Shown one piece after another: positions 33,170 to 44,365 of a stretch of DNA of 64,000 nt. Position 1 is the stretch's first letter; every line of letters begins with the position of its first letter. Source of the stretch: an uncultured Alphaproteobacteria bacterium (GTDB lineage Bacteria; Pseudomonadota; Alphaproteobacteria; Rhizobiales; Methyloligellaceae); contig CAVWBG010000002.1 of assembly GCA_963753175.1 (NCBI GenBank), positions 1,047,221-1,111,220 of the forward strand. The letters run 5' to 3'. A model generated the notes under the pieces. That model saw nothing but the letters and a program-made list of their open reading frames with translations, was not told where the DNA came from and searched no databases. The translations under genes and the position numbers were made by a program.

Positions 33170-34648
33170 TCAGCGTCGGGTAAACAGCGTCTTGCACCAA
33201 TTGGCGGCCCTGCCCAGCGCGCGGAGCGGCCTGGTAAGCCACCACGAATGGCTGGACTGCATTGCCTTGAGAGCCGATTTCAACCGCGCTAGCTCCGCGC
33301 GCGCTTGACTGTTCTGTGACTTGCTCTGGGCCAGAGCCGATTCGAAAGCATCATGCCGCAGTCGCAGTTGATGAATCACGCGCGAACATTGATCGAGTGA
33401 GTCTCGCACCCGACTGAGTTCCGTGTCTCTGTCAGTCTCGGCTGTCGGATCGCGCCGCAAAGTGTCGACATAGGTCGCAAGCAGCAAATTGCCGACATTG
33501 GTCAATGACACATTCTTGCGGACTTCATTGGTGATTGCCTCCGCCTCTTCATCGCTGAGCAAGCTCAGTTGTTGTGCGAGCCACTCTGGGGCGATGGGAT
33601 CGTCCGCAGACCGGCATGGCATGAGGCTCGAGAATAGAGCAAAATTTCCCAGCACAGACGTCCAGAAGTTCGCCACAGTTACTGCAGGTCCGATCATGCC
33701 ATCCTGCCATAAGATCACTCGCCCCCTGCATGCCGATGCTTCGATCGCGGATCGGCCGCTGGCAAAAACCAGATCGTATTGCTTCAGCTCCTCCTCCGGC
33801 TCCTGGATAATTCCGTCCTGACCGCCGCGCCAGTCGAGCTCATAGCCGAACTGCTGCAAGAGCGATTGCAGGTCCGTGACTTGATCTCGCTCGGCAATTC
33901 TGGCGAACAGAAGGGCGCGTTTATGCTTCGACGGTGCTCCGTCGGCGAGGAAGCGGCGCTCGTCGAAAAAATTCGGGATGATGTTTACACTTTGCCAGCT
34001 GCGTCCGCTCAGCAGACAGGCATGGGCCTTGGTGGCGATGGAAACGGAAAGATACTGGTCGATGCCGCTCAGCTGCGGCACTTCCATCGGTGGCAGAACG
34101 CCGTGCAGCATGTTGATGAATTTGGCATCGCTGCCTTGCAACGACTCGACGAGAGGACGCATTCGACGGGCGTGATGAAGATGCACGACCTGCGGAGCAA
34201 ACTCCCTAACTTCGTCGATCGATGAGGTGACCCTCACGCCGGAAGACGCAATCTGATCGGCCACCGTTCCCAGACTATTCGCATAGACGAGGATCGGAAC
34301 GCCATTGCGATTTAGAAAATTTGCAATGTCTCTGATCCAATGCTCCGTGCCGGCGGCCAAGTTGAGCGATCTGTTGGCCAAGACAATTCTGGGATGCTCG
34401 CGAGCTCGAGCAGAGCCGGCATCGGCGCCTTCGACGAGATTTTGCCGCAGCCGATCAAGCTCCTCGCTCGCATGTTGGCGGCAAAGCTCGGAGAGCATCG
34501 CGGACTCAGCCAGACCGCGAAACGCCGAGAGTCGCTGGTTCCGGAATTTCTCTTCCAGCGCGATCCAATATTCCGGCAATGCGTTTCCCCCGGTAACGGC
34601 TGCTGCCAATCGAATGACACGAAGGGGTTCAGCTCCGAGAGGCCTCAA
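33170..34648 (-). CDS. Glycosyltransferase (GT-B, family 4-like) with C-terminal coiled coil
   Basis: AGTEHWIRD, VVHLHH, IIPNFFDERRF, YDLVFASGRSAIEA and the SHSWWLTRPLR tail motif; start codon uncertain. Confidence 0.72.
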   Translation of the reverse strand: MRPLGAEPLRVIRLAAAVTGGNALPEYWIALEEKFRNQRLSAFRGLAESAMLSELCRQHASEELDRLRQNLVEGADAGSARAREHPRIVLANRSLNLAAGTEHWIRDIANFLNRNGVPILVYANSLGTVADQIASSGVRVTSSIDEVREFAPQVVHLHHARRMRPLVESLQGSDAKFINMLHGVLPPMEVPQLSGIDQYLSVSIATKAHACLLSGRSWQSVNIIPNFFDERRFLADGAPSKHKRALLFARIAERDQVTDLQSLLQQFGYELDWRGGQDGIIQEPEEELKQYDLVFASGRSAIEASACRGRVILWQDGMIGPAVTVANFWTSVLGNFALFSSLMPCRSADDPIAPEWLAQQLSLLSDEEAEAITNEVRKNVSLTNVGNLLLATYVDTLRRDPTAETDRDTELSRVRDSLDQCSRVIHQLRLRHDAFESALAQSKSQNSQARAELARLKSALKAMQSSHSWWLTRPLRALGRAANWCKTLFTRR

Positions 34649-35369
34649 CCGGCCCGACGTTAAGGTATCCGAACGCCCGCATTAAAGACTGCCCACGGCC
34701 TTCGTTAAACTCCCGCACCGCCGCTTCAGGCAACTCATTTCGCCAGCGCCCACGGCTATCGAAAATCGGTTGATTGATTTGCCAGTTCCTCAAAGCTGTA
34801 TGCTCAACTCCACCTGAGCCACTTCCGCGGCGGATCGTCTGCTGACCAAACCAAAGCCTAGGTTGCTGATGATAGTTCAACAGAGCTGGCGTGAACGGCA
34901 GACCAATGAACGCGCATATCTCGGTCAATATCCGAGCCGGATCCTCGATCAGGTCTTCGTGCCGGTAGATAAACACGTCGGCGCTGCCGCGAGCTGCAGC
35001 GATCACGCCGGTATTCTTGATCCACATGTTGATGGCGCGCGTCAGATTGCCGTGCTTGTGGGTTGCCGATGCGGCGACGTCCCTGCCGTCGCGCACGGGA
35101 ATTACGAAGCAACAGCCCTTGGCAATTCTCCGAATCTTATCGAGCTGGTGGAGATGCAACGGTGTTTTTTCAACCAACAGCTTGTTGCGCACAATGGCCT
35201 TTGCCAGCAGATGGTAAAATCTCCAGCGCGCTATTTTGGGATCGGCCAGAAAGATGCCGGTTTCAGTGAGCGGGATATAAATTTTGGGATGTGCGGCAAG
35301 AATATTTGCCACAAGCGAGGTGCCGGAATGCGGGCATCCGCAGATAAACACGCACCGAGGAACTCTCAA
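34629..35369 (-). CDS. PAPS-dependent sulfotransferase
   Basis: FICGCPHSGTSL (5'-PSB loop), EKTP, VRDGRDVAAS (3'-PB) and GRWR; TTG start after GAGGAAGG. Confidence 0.85.
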   Translation of the reverse strand: MRVPRCVFICGCPHSGTSLVANILAAHPKIYIPLTETGIFLADPKIARWRFYHLLAKAIVRNKLLVEKTPLHLHQLDKIRRIAKGCCFVIPVRDGRDVAASATHKHGNLTRAINMWIKNTGVIAAARGSADVFIYRHEDLIEDPARILTEICAFIGLPFTPALLNYHQQPRLWFGQQTIRRGSGSGGVEHTALRNWQINQPIFDSRGRWRNELPEAAVREFNEGRGQSLMRAFGYLNVGPVEASRS

Positions 35370-35509
35370 GGCACCTTCCTCATCGCGCCGCGCTCGTCGA
35401 TCTTTGATGCTAAACGATAATTTTGGGCCGGTCCAAGTCGTTAGGGGTGAGCCGGCGAAATAAAATCGCGGCCCTTGTGTCAGCTTTTGACCCAAAGCAG
35501 ACATCGGCG

Positions 35510-35531
35510 TTTATGAGATTCCTATAACGCC
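35510..35531 (+). promoter_or_regulatory. Candidate KdpE-binding site
   Basis: TTTATGAGATT CCTATAACGCC, T-rich half sites at 11-bp spacing about 100 bp upstream of the kdp cluster. Confidence 0.4.
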
Positions 35532-35627
35532 GCGTCCCCATCCATCTCGAAATCATACTCGATCCCAGACTAGGTCTTCGTCTGAACCACCCGGCACCGA
35601 TCTGCGCCGAATTCAGAGGAGGTCTCC

Positions 35628-35711
35628 ATGCTGGATCTCATCCTACTTGCCCTGGGTCTTGGCTTCTTCGCGGCAGCGATTGCTTACGCTTATGCCTGCG
35701 ACCGGCTCTAA
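35628..35711 (+). CDS. 27-aa hydrophobic peptide upstream of kdpF
   Basis: GAGGAGG RBS; MLDLILLALGLGFFAAAIAYAYACDRL*. Confidence 0.75.
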   Translation: MLDLILLALGLGFFAAAIAYAYACDRL

Positions 35712-35723
35712 AGGAGGCCACCC

Positions 35724-35813
35724 ATGATGTTCGATTATTGGCTCGCCGGCCTCGTGGTTGCGGGGCTGCTCGTCTACCTCACCTACGCGCTCATCAGGCC
35801 CGAAGAGTTCTAA
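35724..35813 (+). CDS. kdpF: K+-transporting ATPase subunit F
   Basis: [29 protein letters not shown]; AAGGAGG RBS; immediately before kdpA. Confidence 0.92.
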   Translation: MMFDYWLAGLVVAGLLVYLTYALIRPEEF

Positions 35814-35823
35814 GAGGCAAATC

Positions 35824-37528
35824 ATGACACTCATTGGCTGGATTCAAATCGCGATCTACTGCGCGATCGTCGTGGCGCTGGTGAAGCCGCTCGGCTGGTA
35901 CATGACGGCCGTGTTCAACGGCGAACGGACGTTTCTGTCGCCGGTGCTCCGGCCGGTCGAGGCCGGTCTCTATCGCCTCGGCGGCGTCGACGAGAAGCGT
36001 GAGCAGGACTGGCTCAATTACACCATCGCCATGCTGCTGTTCCATGTCGGCGGCTTTCTGATCCTCTATTTCTTGCTGCGCCTGCAGGGCTCCCTGCCGT
36101 TCAATCCACAAGGCATGACGGCGGTGCCCGAATATCTCAGCTTCAATACCGCGGTCAGCTTCATCACCAACACCAACTGGCAGAACTATGGCGGCGAGAG
36201 CACGCTGTCCTACCTGGTGCAGATGCTGGGCCTGACCCATCAGAACTTCCTCTCGGCGGCGACCGGCATCGTGCTCGCTGTCGTGTTGATCCGTGGCTTT
36301 GCGCGTGCGACGACCAAGACCGTGGGCAATTTCTGGGTCGATATCACCCGCTGCACCCTCTACATCCTGATCCCGATCTGCATTCCCTTTGCTCTGTTCC
36401 TCGTCTGGCAGGGCATGCCGCAGACGCTTGGCGCTTACGTCGACGCGACCACGCTGGAAGGCGCCAAGCAGACCATCGCTGTCGGCCCGGTCGCCTCCCA
36501 GGTCGCCATCAAGATGCTCGGCACCAATGGCGGCGGCTTCTTCAATGCCAATGCGGCACATCCGTTCGAGAACCCGACGGCGCTGTCGAATTTGCTGCAG
36601 ATCGTCTCGATCTTCGCGCTCGGCGCCGCGCTCACCAATATGTTCGGCCGCATGGTCGGCGATCAGCGTCAGGGCTGGGCCATCCTCGCCGCCATGGGCG
36701 TGCTGTTTATCGCCGGCGTTCTCGTTACCTATTGGGCGGAAGCCGCCGGTAACCCGCAATTCGCCAGCCTCGGCCTCGACCCTGCCAATATGGAAGGCAA
36801 GGAGGTGCGCTTCGGCGTGGCCCTATCGGCCCTGTTCGCGGTGATCACCACGGCCGCCTCCTGCGGCGCCGTCAACGCCATGCATGATTCTTTCACCCCG
36901 CTCGGCGGCATGATTCCGCTCATCAACATGGAGCTCGGCGAGGTCATCGTCGGCGGCGTGGGTGCCGGTCTCTACGGCATGCTGATCTTCGTCGTCATCA
37001 CCATCTTCGTCGCCGGTCTGATGGTGGGCCGCACCCCGGAATATGTCGGCAAGAAGATCGAGGCGAAGGAGGTCAAGATGGCGATGCTCGCGATTCTTGG
37101 TCTTGCCGCTGATGTTCCTCGGCTGGACCGCGGTCGCGACGGTGCTGCCATCGGCGGTGGCATCGATCGCCAACCCGGGACCGCACGGCTTCTCCGAGAT
37201 CCTTTATCTCTTCATGTCGAGCACCGCCAATAACGGCTCGGCGTTTGGCGGCATCACCGGCAACACGCCGTTCTACAACACGACCGGCGCCGTCGCGATG
37301 TTCGTCGGCCGCTTCTTCATGATCATCCCGGCCATGGCGATTGCCGGCTCGCTCGCCGCGAAGAAGACGCTGCCGGCTTCCGCGGGGACCTTCCCGACCC
37401 ATGGCGGCCTGTTTGTCGGCCTCCTGGTCGGGGTGATCCTGATCATCGGCGGCCTCACCTTCTTCCCCGCGCTCGCGCTCGGTCCGATCGTCGAGCAGCT
37501 CGCGATGAGCGCTGGCACGTTGTTCTAA
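35824..37528 (+). CDS. kdpA: K+-transporting ATPase subunit A (frameshift near 37098)
   Basis: Selectivity filters [25 protein letters not shown] and ANNGSAFGG. Confidence 0.95.
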
Positions 37529-37543
37529 CCGGTTTCACCTGGA

Positions 37544-39655
37544 GTGAATTCGATGGAAACCTCTCTGATACGTAAGCGGATGCCGGTCTCCTCCTTGACC
37601 GATCCGAACATCCTTTGGCCAGCGATCGGCTCGGCCTTCGGCAAACTCGACCCGCGGGCGCAGATCAAGAATCCGGTGATGTTCGTGGTCGAGGTGGTGG
37701 CGGCCCTCACCACCGTCATCTTCATTCGCGACTGGATGCAGGGAAGCGATCAGCTTGGCTTCTCGTTCCAGATCATCTTCTGGCTGTGGCTCACGGTGCT
37801 GTTCGCCAATTTCGCCGAAGCGGTCGCCGAAGGCCGCGGCAAGGCGCAAGCCGCGAGCCTGCGCCAGACCCGCGAAGAGACCAAAGCCAAGCTCATCGTC
37901 GATGAGAAGACGGGGCGTCACGGTTCCCGACTGCCGGCAGGCGAGCTCGCGCCAGGTCAGGTCGTGCTGGTCGAGGCCGGCGATCTGATCCCTTCGGATG
38001 GCGAGGTCATCGAGGGCATCGCCTCGGTCAACGAGGCTGCGGTCACCGGCGAGTCGGCTCCCGTCATCCGCGAGTCTGGCGGCGACCGGTCGGCTGTGAC
38101 CGGCGGCACGTTGGTGGTTTCCGACTGGATCAAGGTGCGCATCACCGCCGCGCAAGGTTCGACCTTCCTCGACCGCATGATCGCGCTGGTCGAAGGGGCA
38201 ACGCGCCAGAAGACGCCGAATGAGATCGCACTCAATATCCTGCTTGCCGGCATGACGATCATCTTCGTCTTCGCCGTGGCGACGATCCCGAGCTTCGCGG
38301 CCTATGCCGGCGGCACCATCTCCGTGGTCGTTCTCGTCGCGCTGTTCGTGACGCTGATTCCCACCACCATCGGCGCGCTGCTGTCGGCGATCGGCATTGC
38401 CGGCATGGACCGGCTGGTCCGCTTCAACGTGCTCGCCATGTCGGGTCGGGCGGTCGAGGCGGCCGGCGACGTCGACACCCTTCTCCTCGACAAGACCGGC
38501 ACCATCACGCTCGGCAACCGTCAAGCAACCGCATTCAAGCCAGTGCAGGGCGTCAGCGAGCGGGAGCTTGCCGATGCCGCCCAGATCGCTTCGCTTGCCG
38601 ACGAGACGCCGGAAGGCCGCTCCATCGTGGTGCTCGCCAAGGAGAAATACGGCATTCGGGGCCGCGATATCGGCGAGCTCAACGCCAAGTTCATTCCCTT
38701 CACGGCCGAGAGCCGGATGAGCGGCGTGGAAATTGGCGATTCGTGGATTCGCAAAGGCGCCGTCGATGCCATCCTCAAATATCTCGATGCCAACGGCTCG
38801 ACGGGCGCGCGCAAGAAATCGGCGATGGGGCTCACCGAGGCGGGGCGACAGATCAACGCGATTGCCGATGAGATTGCCAAAGCCGGTGGAACGCCGCTCG
38901 CCGTGGCCAAGGACGGCAAACTGCTCGGCATCATCCAGCTCAAGGACATCGTCAAAGGCGGTATCCGGGAGCGCTTTGCCGAGCTCCGGCGCATGGGCAT
39001 CCGGACCATCATGATCACCGGCGACAATCCGATGACTGCGGCGGCGATCGCCGCGGAAGCGGGCGTCGACGATTTTCTCGCGCAAGCCACACCGGAGGAC
39101 AAGCTCAAGCTGATCCGCGCCGAGCAAGCCAAAGGCAAGCTCGTCGCCATGTGCGGCGACGGCACCAATGACGCGCCGGCTCTGGCTCAGGCCGATGTCG
39201 GCGTCGCCATGAATACCGGCACGATGGCGGCGCGCGAGGCGGGCAACATGGTCGATCTCGATTCCAATCCGACCAAGCTGATCGAGGTCGTGGAGATCGG
39301 CAAGCAGCTGCTGATGACGCGCGGCGCGCTGACCACCTTCTCGATCGCCAATGACGTGGCGAAATATTTTGCCATCATCCCGGCGATGTTCCTGGTGTTC
39401 TACCCGCAACTCCAGGCGCTGAACGTGATGCAGCTCGCGACGCCGCAAAGCGCGATTCTGTCGGCCATCATCTTCAATGCGCTGATCATCGTTGCGCTGA
39501 TCCCGCTGGCGCTGAAGGGCGTCGCCTATCGTCCGATCGGCGCCGGTCCGCTGCTCCGCCGCAATCTGCTGATTTACGGGCTCGGCGGCGTCGTCATTCC
39601 CTTCATCGGCATCAAGGCCATCGACCTTTTGGTCACGGCCCTGCACCTCGCTTAA
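37544..39655 (+). CDS. kdpB: K+-transporting P-type ATPase subunit B
   Basis: TGES, IPTT, DKTGT, KGA, TGD and GDGTND motifs. Confidence 0.97.
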   Translation: MNSMETSLIRKRMPVSSLTDPNILWPAIGSAFGKLDPRAQIKNPVMFVVEVVAALTTVIFIRDWMQGSDQLGFSFQIIFWLWLTVLFANFAEAVAEGRGKAQAASLRQTREETKAKLIVDEKTGRHGSRLPAGELAPGQVVLVEAGDLIPSDGEVIEGIASVNEAAVTGESAPVIRESGGDRSAVTGGTLVVSDWIKVRITAAQGSTFLDRMIALVEGATRQKTPNEIALNILLAGMTIIFVFAVATIPSFAAYAGGTISVVVLVALFVTLIPTTIGALLSAIGIAGMDRLVRFNVLAMSGRAVEAAGDVDTLLLDKTGTITLGNRQATAFKPVQGVSERELADAAQIASLADETPEGRSIVVLAKEKYGIRGRDIGELNAKFIPFTAESRMSGVEIGDSWIRKGAVDAILKYLDANGSTGARKKSAMGLTEAGRQINAIADEIAKAGGTPLAVAKDGKLLGIIQLKDIVKGGIRERFAELRRMGIRTIMITGDNPMTAAAIAAEAGVDDFLAQATPEDKLKLIRAEQAKGKLVAMCGDGTNDAPALAQADVGVAMNTGTMAAREAGNMVDLDSNPTKLIEVVEIGKQLLMTRGALTTFSIANDVAKYFAIIPAMFLVFYPQLQALNVMQLATPQSAILSAIIFNALIIVALIPLALKGVAYRPIGAGPLLRRNLLIYGLGGVVIPFIGIKAIDLLVTALHLA

Positions 39656-39669
39656 CGAGGAGGAAGATC

Positions 39670-40372
39670 ATGTTGAAAGAAATCCGTCCCGCAATCGTCT
39701 TCATCGTCGCGCTCACGCTGATCACCGGACTTGTCTATCCGCTGGTCATGACCGGCATCGCGGGCGTCCTGTTTCCCTACCAGGCGCAGGGCAGCCTGAT
39801 CGAGAAGGACGGGAAGGTCGTCGGCTCGGTCTTGATCGGACAGGTTTTCACCTCCGATGGCTACTTCCACGGCCGTCCCTCGGCCACGCTTGGGCCAGAC
39901 CCGGCCGACCCGACGAAGACGGCCTCGGTCCCGTACAACGCCGTGAATTCCATGGGCTCCAATCTCGGGCCGACCAACAAGGTGCTGATCGAGCGCGTGA
40001 CCGGCGAGGTGGAGAAGCTGAAGCAGGAGAATCCATCCGCCCAGGTTCCGATCGACCTGGTGACCGACATCCGGCAGCGGGCTCGATCCGGACATCACGC
40101 CTGAAGCCGCCTATTTCCAGGTCCCGCGCATTGCGAAGGCGCGCAACTTGCCGGAAAATGACGTCCGGGCTCTCGTCGGCGAGCACATCGAGGGCCGAAC
40201 CCTCGGTCTCCTCGGTGAGCCGCGCGTTAACGTGCTTGAGCTAAACCTTGCTCTGGATAAGGCCGATCATAGCAATCGCCGGCGGGCTGAGACCCCGCGT
40301 AAGGACCAAGGCCTTCATGGCAGATCAGCGGCGCAACCAAGATCAGCGCCCCTCGCCCGATGCCCTGCTTGA
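39670..40372 (+). CDS. kdpC: K+-transporting ATPase subunit C (frameshift near 40065; 3' end uncertain)
   Basis: [29 protein letters not shown] and [15 protein letters not shown]. Confidence 0.93.
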
Positions 40373-43040
40373 GGCGGCAAGGCGTGAAGAGGGACGGCTG
40401 GGGAAGCTCAAGATCTTCATGGGTGCCGCGCCTGGCGTCGGCAAAACCTATGAAATGCTGCAGCAGGCCCGAGCCAGAAAGAAGGACGGCTACGATCTTG
40501 TCGTCGGCGTGGTGGAGACCCACGGACGCAAAGAGACGGAAGCGCTGTTGGACGGCCTCGAAGTCGTTCCCCGGCGGCGCATCGAGTACAAGGGCCAACA
40601 GCTCGAGGAAATGGACCTCGACGCCATCATCGCCCGCCACCCGCAATTTGTCCTCGTCGACGAGCTCGCACACACCAATGTCGTCGGCAGCCGCCACCCG
40701 AAGCGCTATCTCGACGTGGACGAGCTGCTCAATCGCGGCATCAACGTTTACACCACGGTCAACATCCAGCACTTCGAAAGCCTGAACGATGTCGTGGCGC
40801 AGATCACCGGCGTCCGCGTTCGCGAAACCGTCCCCAACTCGATCCTCGATCGCGCCGACGCCATCGAGCTGGTCGACATCACTCCCGACGACCTGATCCA
40901 GCGTCTCAAGGATGGCAAAGTCTACGTCCCCCACCAGGCCGAGCGGGCGCTTGAGCATTTCTTCTCGCCAGCCAACCTGACCGCGCTTCGCGAGCTTGCT
41001 CTGCGCCGCACCGCCGAACGCGTTGACGAGCAGCTCCTCATGGAGCTGCAGGCGCGGGCGATGCCAGGTCCATGGCCAGCGGGCGATCGGCTGCTTGTCT
41101 GCGTGAGCGAGGATCCGCGGGCGGCGGGATTGGTGCGCTACACCAAGCGCCTCGCCGACCGCCTGCATGCGCCTTGGACGGCGCTCTATGTCGAGACGAA
41201 ACGCAGTCTGAACTTGACCGAGGAGGAACGGGACCGGGTCGCCGATACGCTGAGGCTCGCTCAGGCGCTTGGCGGAGAGCAAGTCACAATTCCAGGTGGC
41301 GATCGCCGCATCGCCGACGATGTGTTTGCCTATGCGAAGGCGAACAACATCACGCAATTGATCGTCGGTAAATCCACGCGCTCGCAATGGTTCGAGCTGC
41401 TTAATGGTTCGGTGGTGCGCGATCTCTTGCGGGCATGCGGCAATATCAGCGTTCATGTCATCGCCGGGGAAGAGATTACGGGCGATCCAATCCCGAGAAA
41501 GACCGTGCGCACCGCCGAGCGACGAGAGCCGTTCGATCCCAAGCCTTATATTTTCGCGCTGCTGGCGATCGGCGCTGCCGTCGGCGTGAGTGAGGTGCTC
41601 TGGCCGTGGATCGGCGTTCAGAACACCGACCTCGTATTCCTCACCGCTATCGTCGTCATCGCCGTTCGCTTTGGCCTGTGGCCTTCGCTCCTCGCCAGCG
41701 TCGTGTCAGCGCTTTGCTATAATTTCTTTTTCACCGAGCCGTACTACACGTTCTCGATTGCCGACCCGAGAAACGTCATTGCCGTTGTCTTCTTCACCAT
41801 CGTGGCGATCGTCGTTTCCAATGTCGCAGCGCGTGCCCGCACTCTTGCCGTGACCGCCATGGCACGGGCCCGCACCACAGAATCCCTCTATGCCTTCAGT
41901 CGCAAGCTCGCCGGCGTCGGCACCCTCGACGATGTGCTTTGGGCGACGGCTTACCAGACGGCTCTGATGCTGAAGGTTCGCGTCGTGCTGCTGCTGCCGG
42001 AGAACGGCTCGATCGCAGTCAAGGCAGGCTACCCGCCGGAGGACAATCTCGATGAGGCGGATCTGGCGGCAGCCAAATGGGCGTGGGATCACAATCGTGC
42101 GGCGGGACGCGGCGCGGACACTTTGCCCGGCGCCAAGCGGCTGTTCCTGCCCATGCGCACAAGCCGGGGCGCCATCGGCGTCGTGGGCATCGATAGCGAC
42201 AAGCCTGGTCCGCTTCTGACCCCGGATCAACGCCGGTTGCTCGACGCGCTGATGGATCAGGCAGCTGTCGCCATTGAGCGGGTCCATTTGGGCGAGGATC
42301 TCGATGAAGCCGAGCGCCGGGTGGAAGCTGACCGGCTGCGCTCGGCCCTACTGACGTCCATTTCCCACGATCTGAAAACACCGCTCGCCGCGATCATCGG
42401 AGCGGCAGGGACCTTGAAAGGTTATGCCCAAGAACTGGATGACCGGGGCAAGATCGAGCTGATTTCGACGATTACCGAGGAATCCGAGCGGCTGAATCGC
42501 TTTATTGCCAACCTGCTTGATATGACAAAACTCGAGACGGGCTCGATCAAGCCCAACACTGCGCGGCATGACGTTGGCGAGATCGTCGGCAGCGCTCTGG
42601 AACGAGCAAGCAAGATTCTGGGTCAGCACCGCGTCGAGATCGATATCGCTCCGAACCTGCCGATGCTGGAGCTGGACCCTGTGCTTTTCGAGCAGGCGCT
42701 GTTCAATCTGCTCGACAACGCTGCGAAATATGCGCCCCCGCCCAGCACCGTCACGATTCAGGGCTGGCAAGAGGATGACAAGGTGAAGCTCGAGGTCGCG
42801 GATGAAGGCAGCGGCATTCCGCCGGAGGAGCTCGAGCATATCTTCGACAAATTTCACCGCGCGCAAAAGGGCGATCAGGTTCGCGCCGGCACTGGTCTCG
42901 GTCTTGCCATCTCGCGCGGATTCGTCGAAGCCATGGGTGGCTCAATCATGGCTTCCAACAGATCGGATCGATCGGGAGCGGTTTTCACCATCACGTTGCC
43001 GGTGCCAGAGCGGACTGAACGGCTGGATACGGCAGCATGA
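40317..43040 (+). CDS. kdpD: Sensor histidine kinase KdpD
   Basis: GAAPGVGKT Walker A, DELAHTN, Usp domain, 4 TM helices, [12 protein letters not shown]-box and GTGLGL. Confidence 0.96.
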   Translation: MADQRRNQDQRPSPDALLEAARREEGRLGKLKIFMGAAPGVGKTYEMLQQARARKKDGYDLVVGVVETHGRKETEALLDGLEVVPRRRIEYKGQQLEEMDLDAIIARHPQFVLVDELAHTNVVGSRHPKRYLDVDELLNRGINVYTTVNIQHFESLNDVVAQITGVRVRETVPNSILDRADAIELVDITPDDLIQRLKDGKVYVPHQAERALEHFFSPANLTALRELALRRTAERVDEQLLMELQARAMPGPWPAGDRLLVCVSEDPRAAGLVRYTKRLADRLHAPWTALYVETKRSLNLTEEERDRVADTLRLAQALGGEQVTIPGGDRRIADDVFAYAKANNITQLIVGKSTRSQWFELLNGSVVRDLLRACGNISVHVIAGEEITGDPIPRKTVRTAERREPFDPKPYIFALLAIGAAVGVSEVLWPWIGVQNTDLVFLTAIVVIAVRFGLWPSLLASVVSALCYNFFFTEPYYTFSIADPRNVIAVVFFTIVAIVVSNVAARARTLAVTAMARARTTESLYAFSRKLAGVGTLDDVLWATAYQTALMLKVRVVLLLPENGSIAVKAGYPPEDNLDEADLAAAKWAWDHNRAAGRGADTLPGAKRLFLPMRTSRGAIGVVGIDSDKPGPLLTPDQRRLLDALMDQAAVAIERVHLGEDLDEAERRVEADRLRSALLTSISHDLKTPLAAIIGAAGTLKGYAQELDDRGKIELISTITEESERLNRFIANLLDMTKLETGSIKPNTARHDVGEIVGSALERASKILGQHRVEIDIAPNLPMLELDPVLFEQALFNLLDNAAKYAPPPSTVTIQGWQEDDKVKLEVADEGSGIPPEELEHIFDKFHRAQKGDQVRAGTGLGLAISRGFVEAMGGSIMASNRSDRSGAVFTITLPVPERTERLDTAA

Positions 43041-43735
43041 ACGCCGCTCCGCTGAAAGTGCTCGTGATCGATGATGAGCCCCCGATCCGCAAACTTTTGC
43101 GCACCGGATTAGGGGTTGAAGGCTATCAGACGATCGATGCGCCAAATGCGAAGGCCGCGCTGGAGTTGATGGCTGACGAGCCGGATATCGTTATTCTCGA
43201 TTTGGGTCTACCCGACATGCAGGGGCTCGAACTGTTGCGCAAGATTCGCGAACAGCGCGAGGACTTGCCGATCGTCGTGCTCTCCAGTCGCGGGGATGAA
43301 GTCGTTAAGGTCCAGGCCCTCGATCTGGGCGCCGACGATTACGTCACCAAGCCGTTCGGCATGGAAGAGTTGCTGGCGCGGATGCGTGCGGCACTACGGC
43401 ATCAACTGCACGTGCAAGGGGAACGGCCGATCTTCCGGGCAGGCGACCTGTCGGTCGACCTCGTGCGCCGCATCGTCAAAATTCGCGATGAGGAGGTGAA
43501 GCTCTCGCCTAAGGAGTATGAGCTGTTGCGCGTCATGGTCCAGCATGCGGGCAAAGTCCTCACCCACAAATTTCTACTGAACGAGCTTTGGTCGATCCCA
43601 ATAGACCCACAATATCTCCGCGTCTATGTGCGCCAACTGCGTCACAAGATCGAGCCAGACCCATCTCGGCCGCAATACATTTTGACGGAGACGGGTGTGG
43701 GCTACAGGCTAAAGGCGGCCGATCAAGATCTCTGA
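43037..43735 (+). CDS. kdpE: Response regulator KdpE
   Basis: OmpR-type receiver and wHTH, YLRVYVRQLRHKIE; ATGA overlap with kdpD. Confidence 0.94.
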   Translation: MNAAPLKVLVIDDEPPIRKLLRTGLGVEGYQTIDAPNAKAALELMADEPDIVILDLGLPDMQGLELLRKIREQREDLPIVVLSSRGDEVVKVQALDLGADDYVTKPFGMEELLARMRAALRHQLHVQGERPIFRAGDLSVDLVRRIVKIRDEEVKLSPKEYELLRVMVQHAGKVLTHKFLLNELWSIPIDPQYLRVYVRQLRHKIEPDPSRPQYILTETGVGYRLKAADQDL

Positions 43736-43744
43736 ACCCTTCTC

Positions 43745-44218
43745 ATGGCACAATATTCTATGAAGATAAGCGACTTCCTATCACCCGCCGACGTGCTGCT
43801 CGATGTGCGGGCAAAAGATAAGGTCAGCCTGTTGCGTCAGCTCTGTATTCAAGGCGCAACGAGAGTTGGCCTGAACGTCGACGAGGTCACGGCGCAGATC
43901 GCGAAGCGCGAAGAGTTGGGCTCAACAGGATTGGGGAACGGCGTCGCCCTTCCTCACGCGCGCCTCAAGGGCCTCAAGGCACCCGTTGGCGTTCTCGCCA
44001 TGCTGCACCATGGAATCGATTTCGATGCCATCGACAACCAGCCTGTCGACATTGTCCTGCTGCTCTTGCTGCCTGACGCCGCGAACGGTGATGCGCAGCT
44101 TAACGCGCTGGCCTGTGCAGCGAGAAAACTACGGGATCCGGACGCGCTTCAGCAGATTCGTGATGCCGGCAATTCTGAGGCGCTGTTCGAGGCCATCGCC
44201 GGTGCCGACTTGGCATAA
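43745..44218 (+). CDS. ptsN: PTS EIIA(Ntr)-like protein
   Basis: REELGSTGLGNGVALPHARL (phospho-His) and FDAIDNQPVD. Confidence 0.85.
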   Translation: MAQYSMKISDFLSPADVLLDVRAKDKVSLLRQLCIQGATRVGLNVDEVTAQIAKREELGSTGLGNGVALPHARLKGLKAPVGVLAMLHHGIDFDAIDNQPVDIVLLLLLPDAANGDAQLNALACAARKLRDPDALQQIRDAGNSEALFEAIAGADLA

Positions 44219-44226
44219 AATTAGTG

Positions 44227-44316
<90 letters not shown>

Positions 44317-44365
44317 GGGGGCTGATGTAGCTTGCCCGGGCCGTCACGGCAACCTCGTGGGATGT

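Noticed and set aside
35370-35504. N-terminal extension MSALGQKLT... of the sulfotransferase ORF
   Set aside because: The ATG comes from a palindromic element; a better RBS and start lie at about 35369, just before the PAPS-binding motif.
37535-39646. 703-aa antisense ORF mirroring kdpB, and similar long antisense ORFs over argG, the sulfatase, atpD and atpA
   Set aside because: Shadow ORFs from high-GC codon bias; no protein-like motifs.
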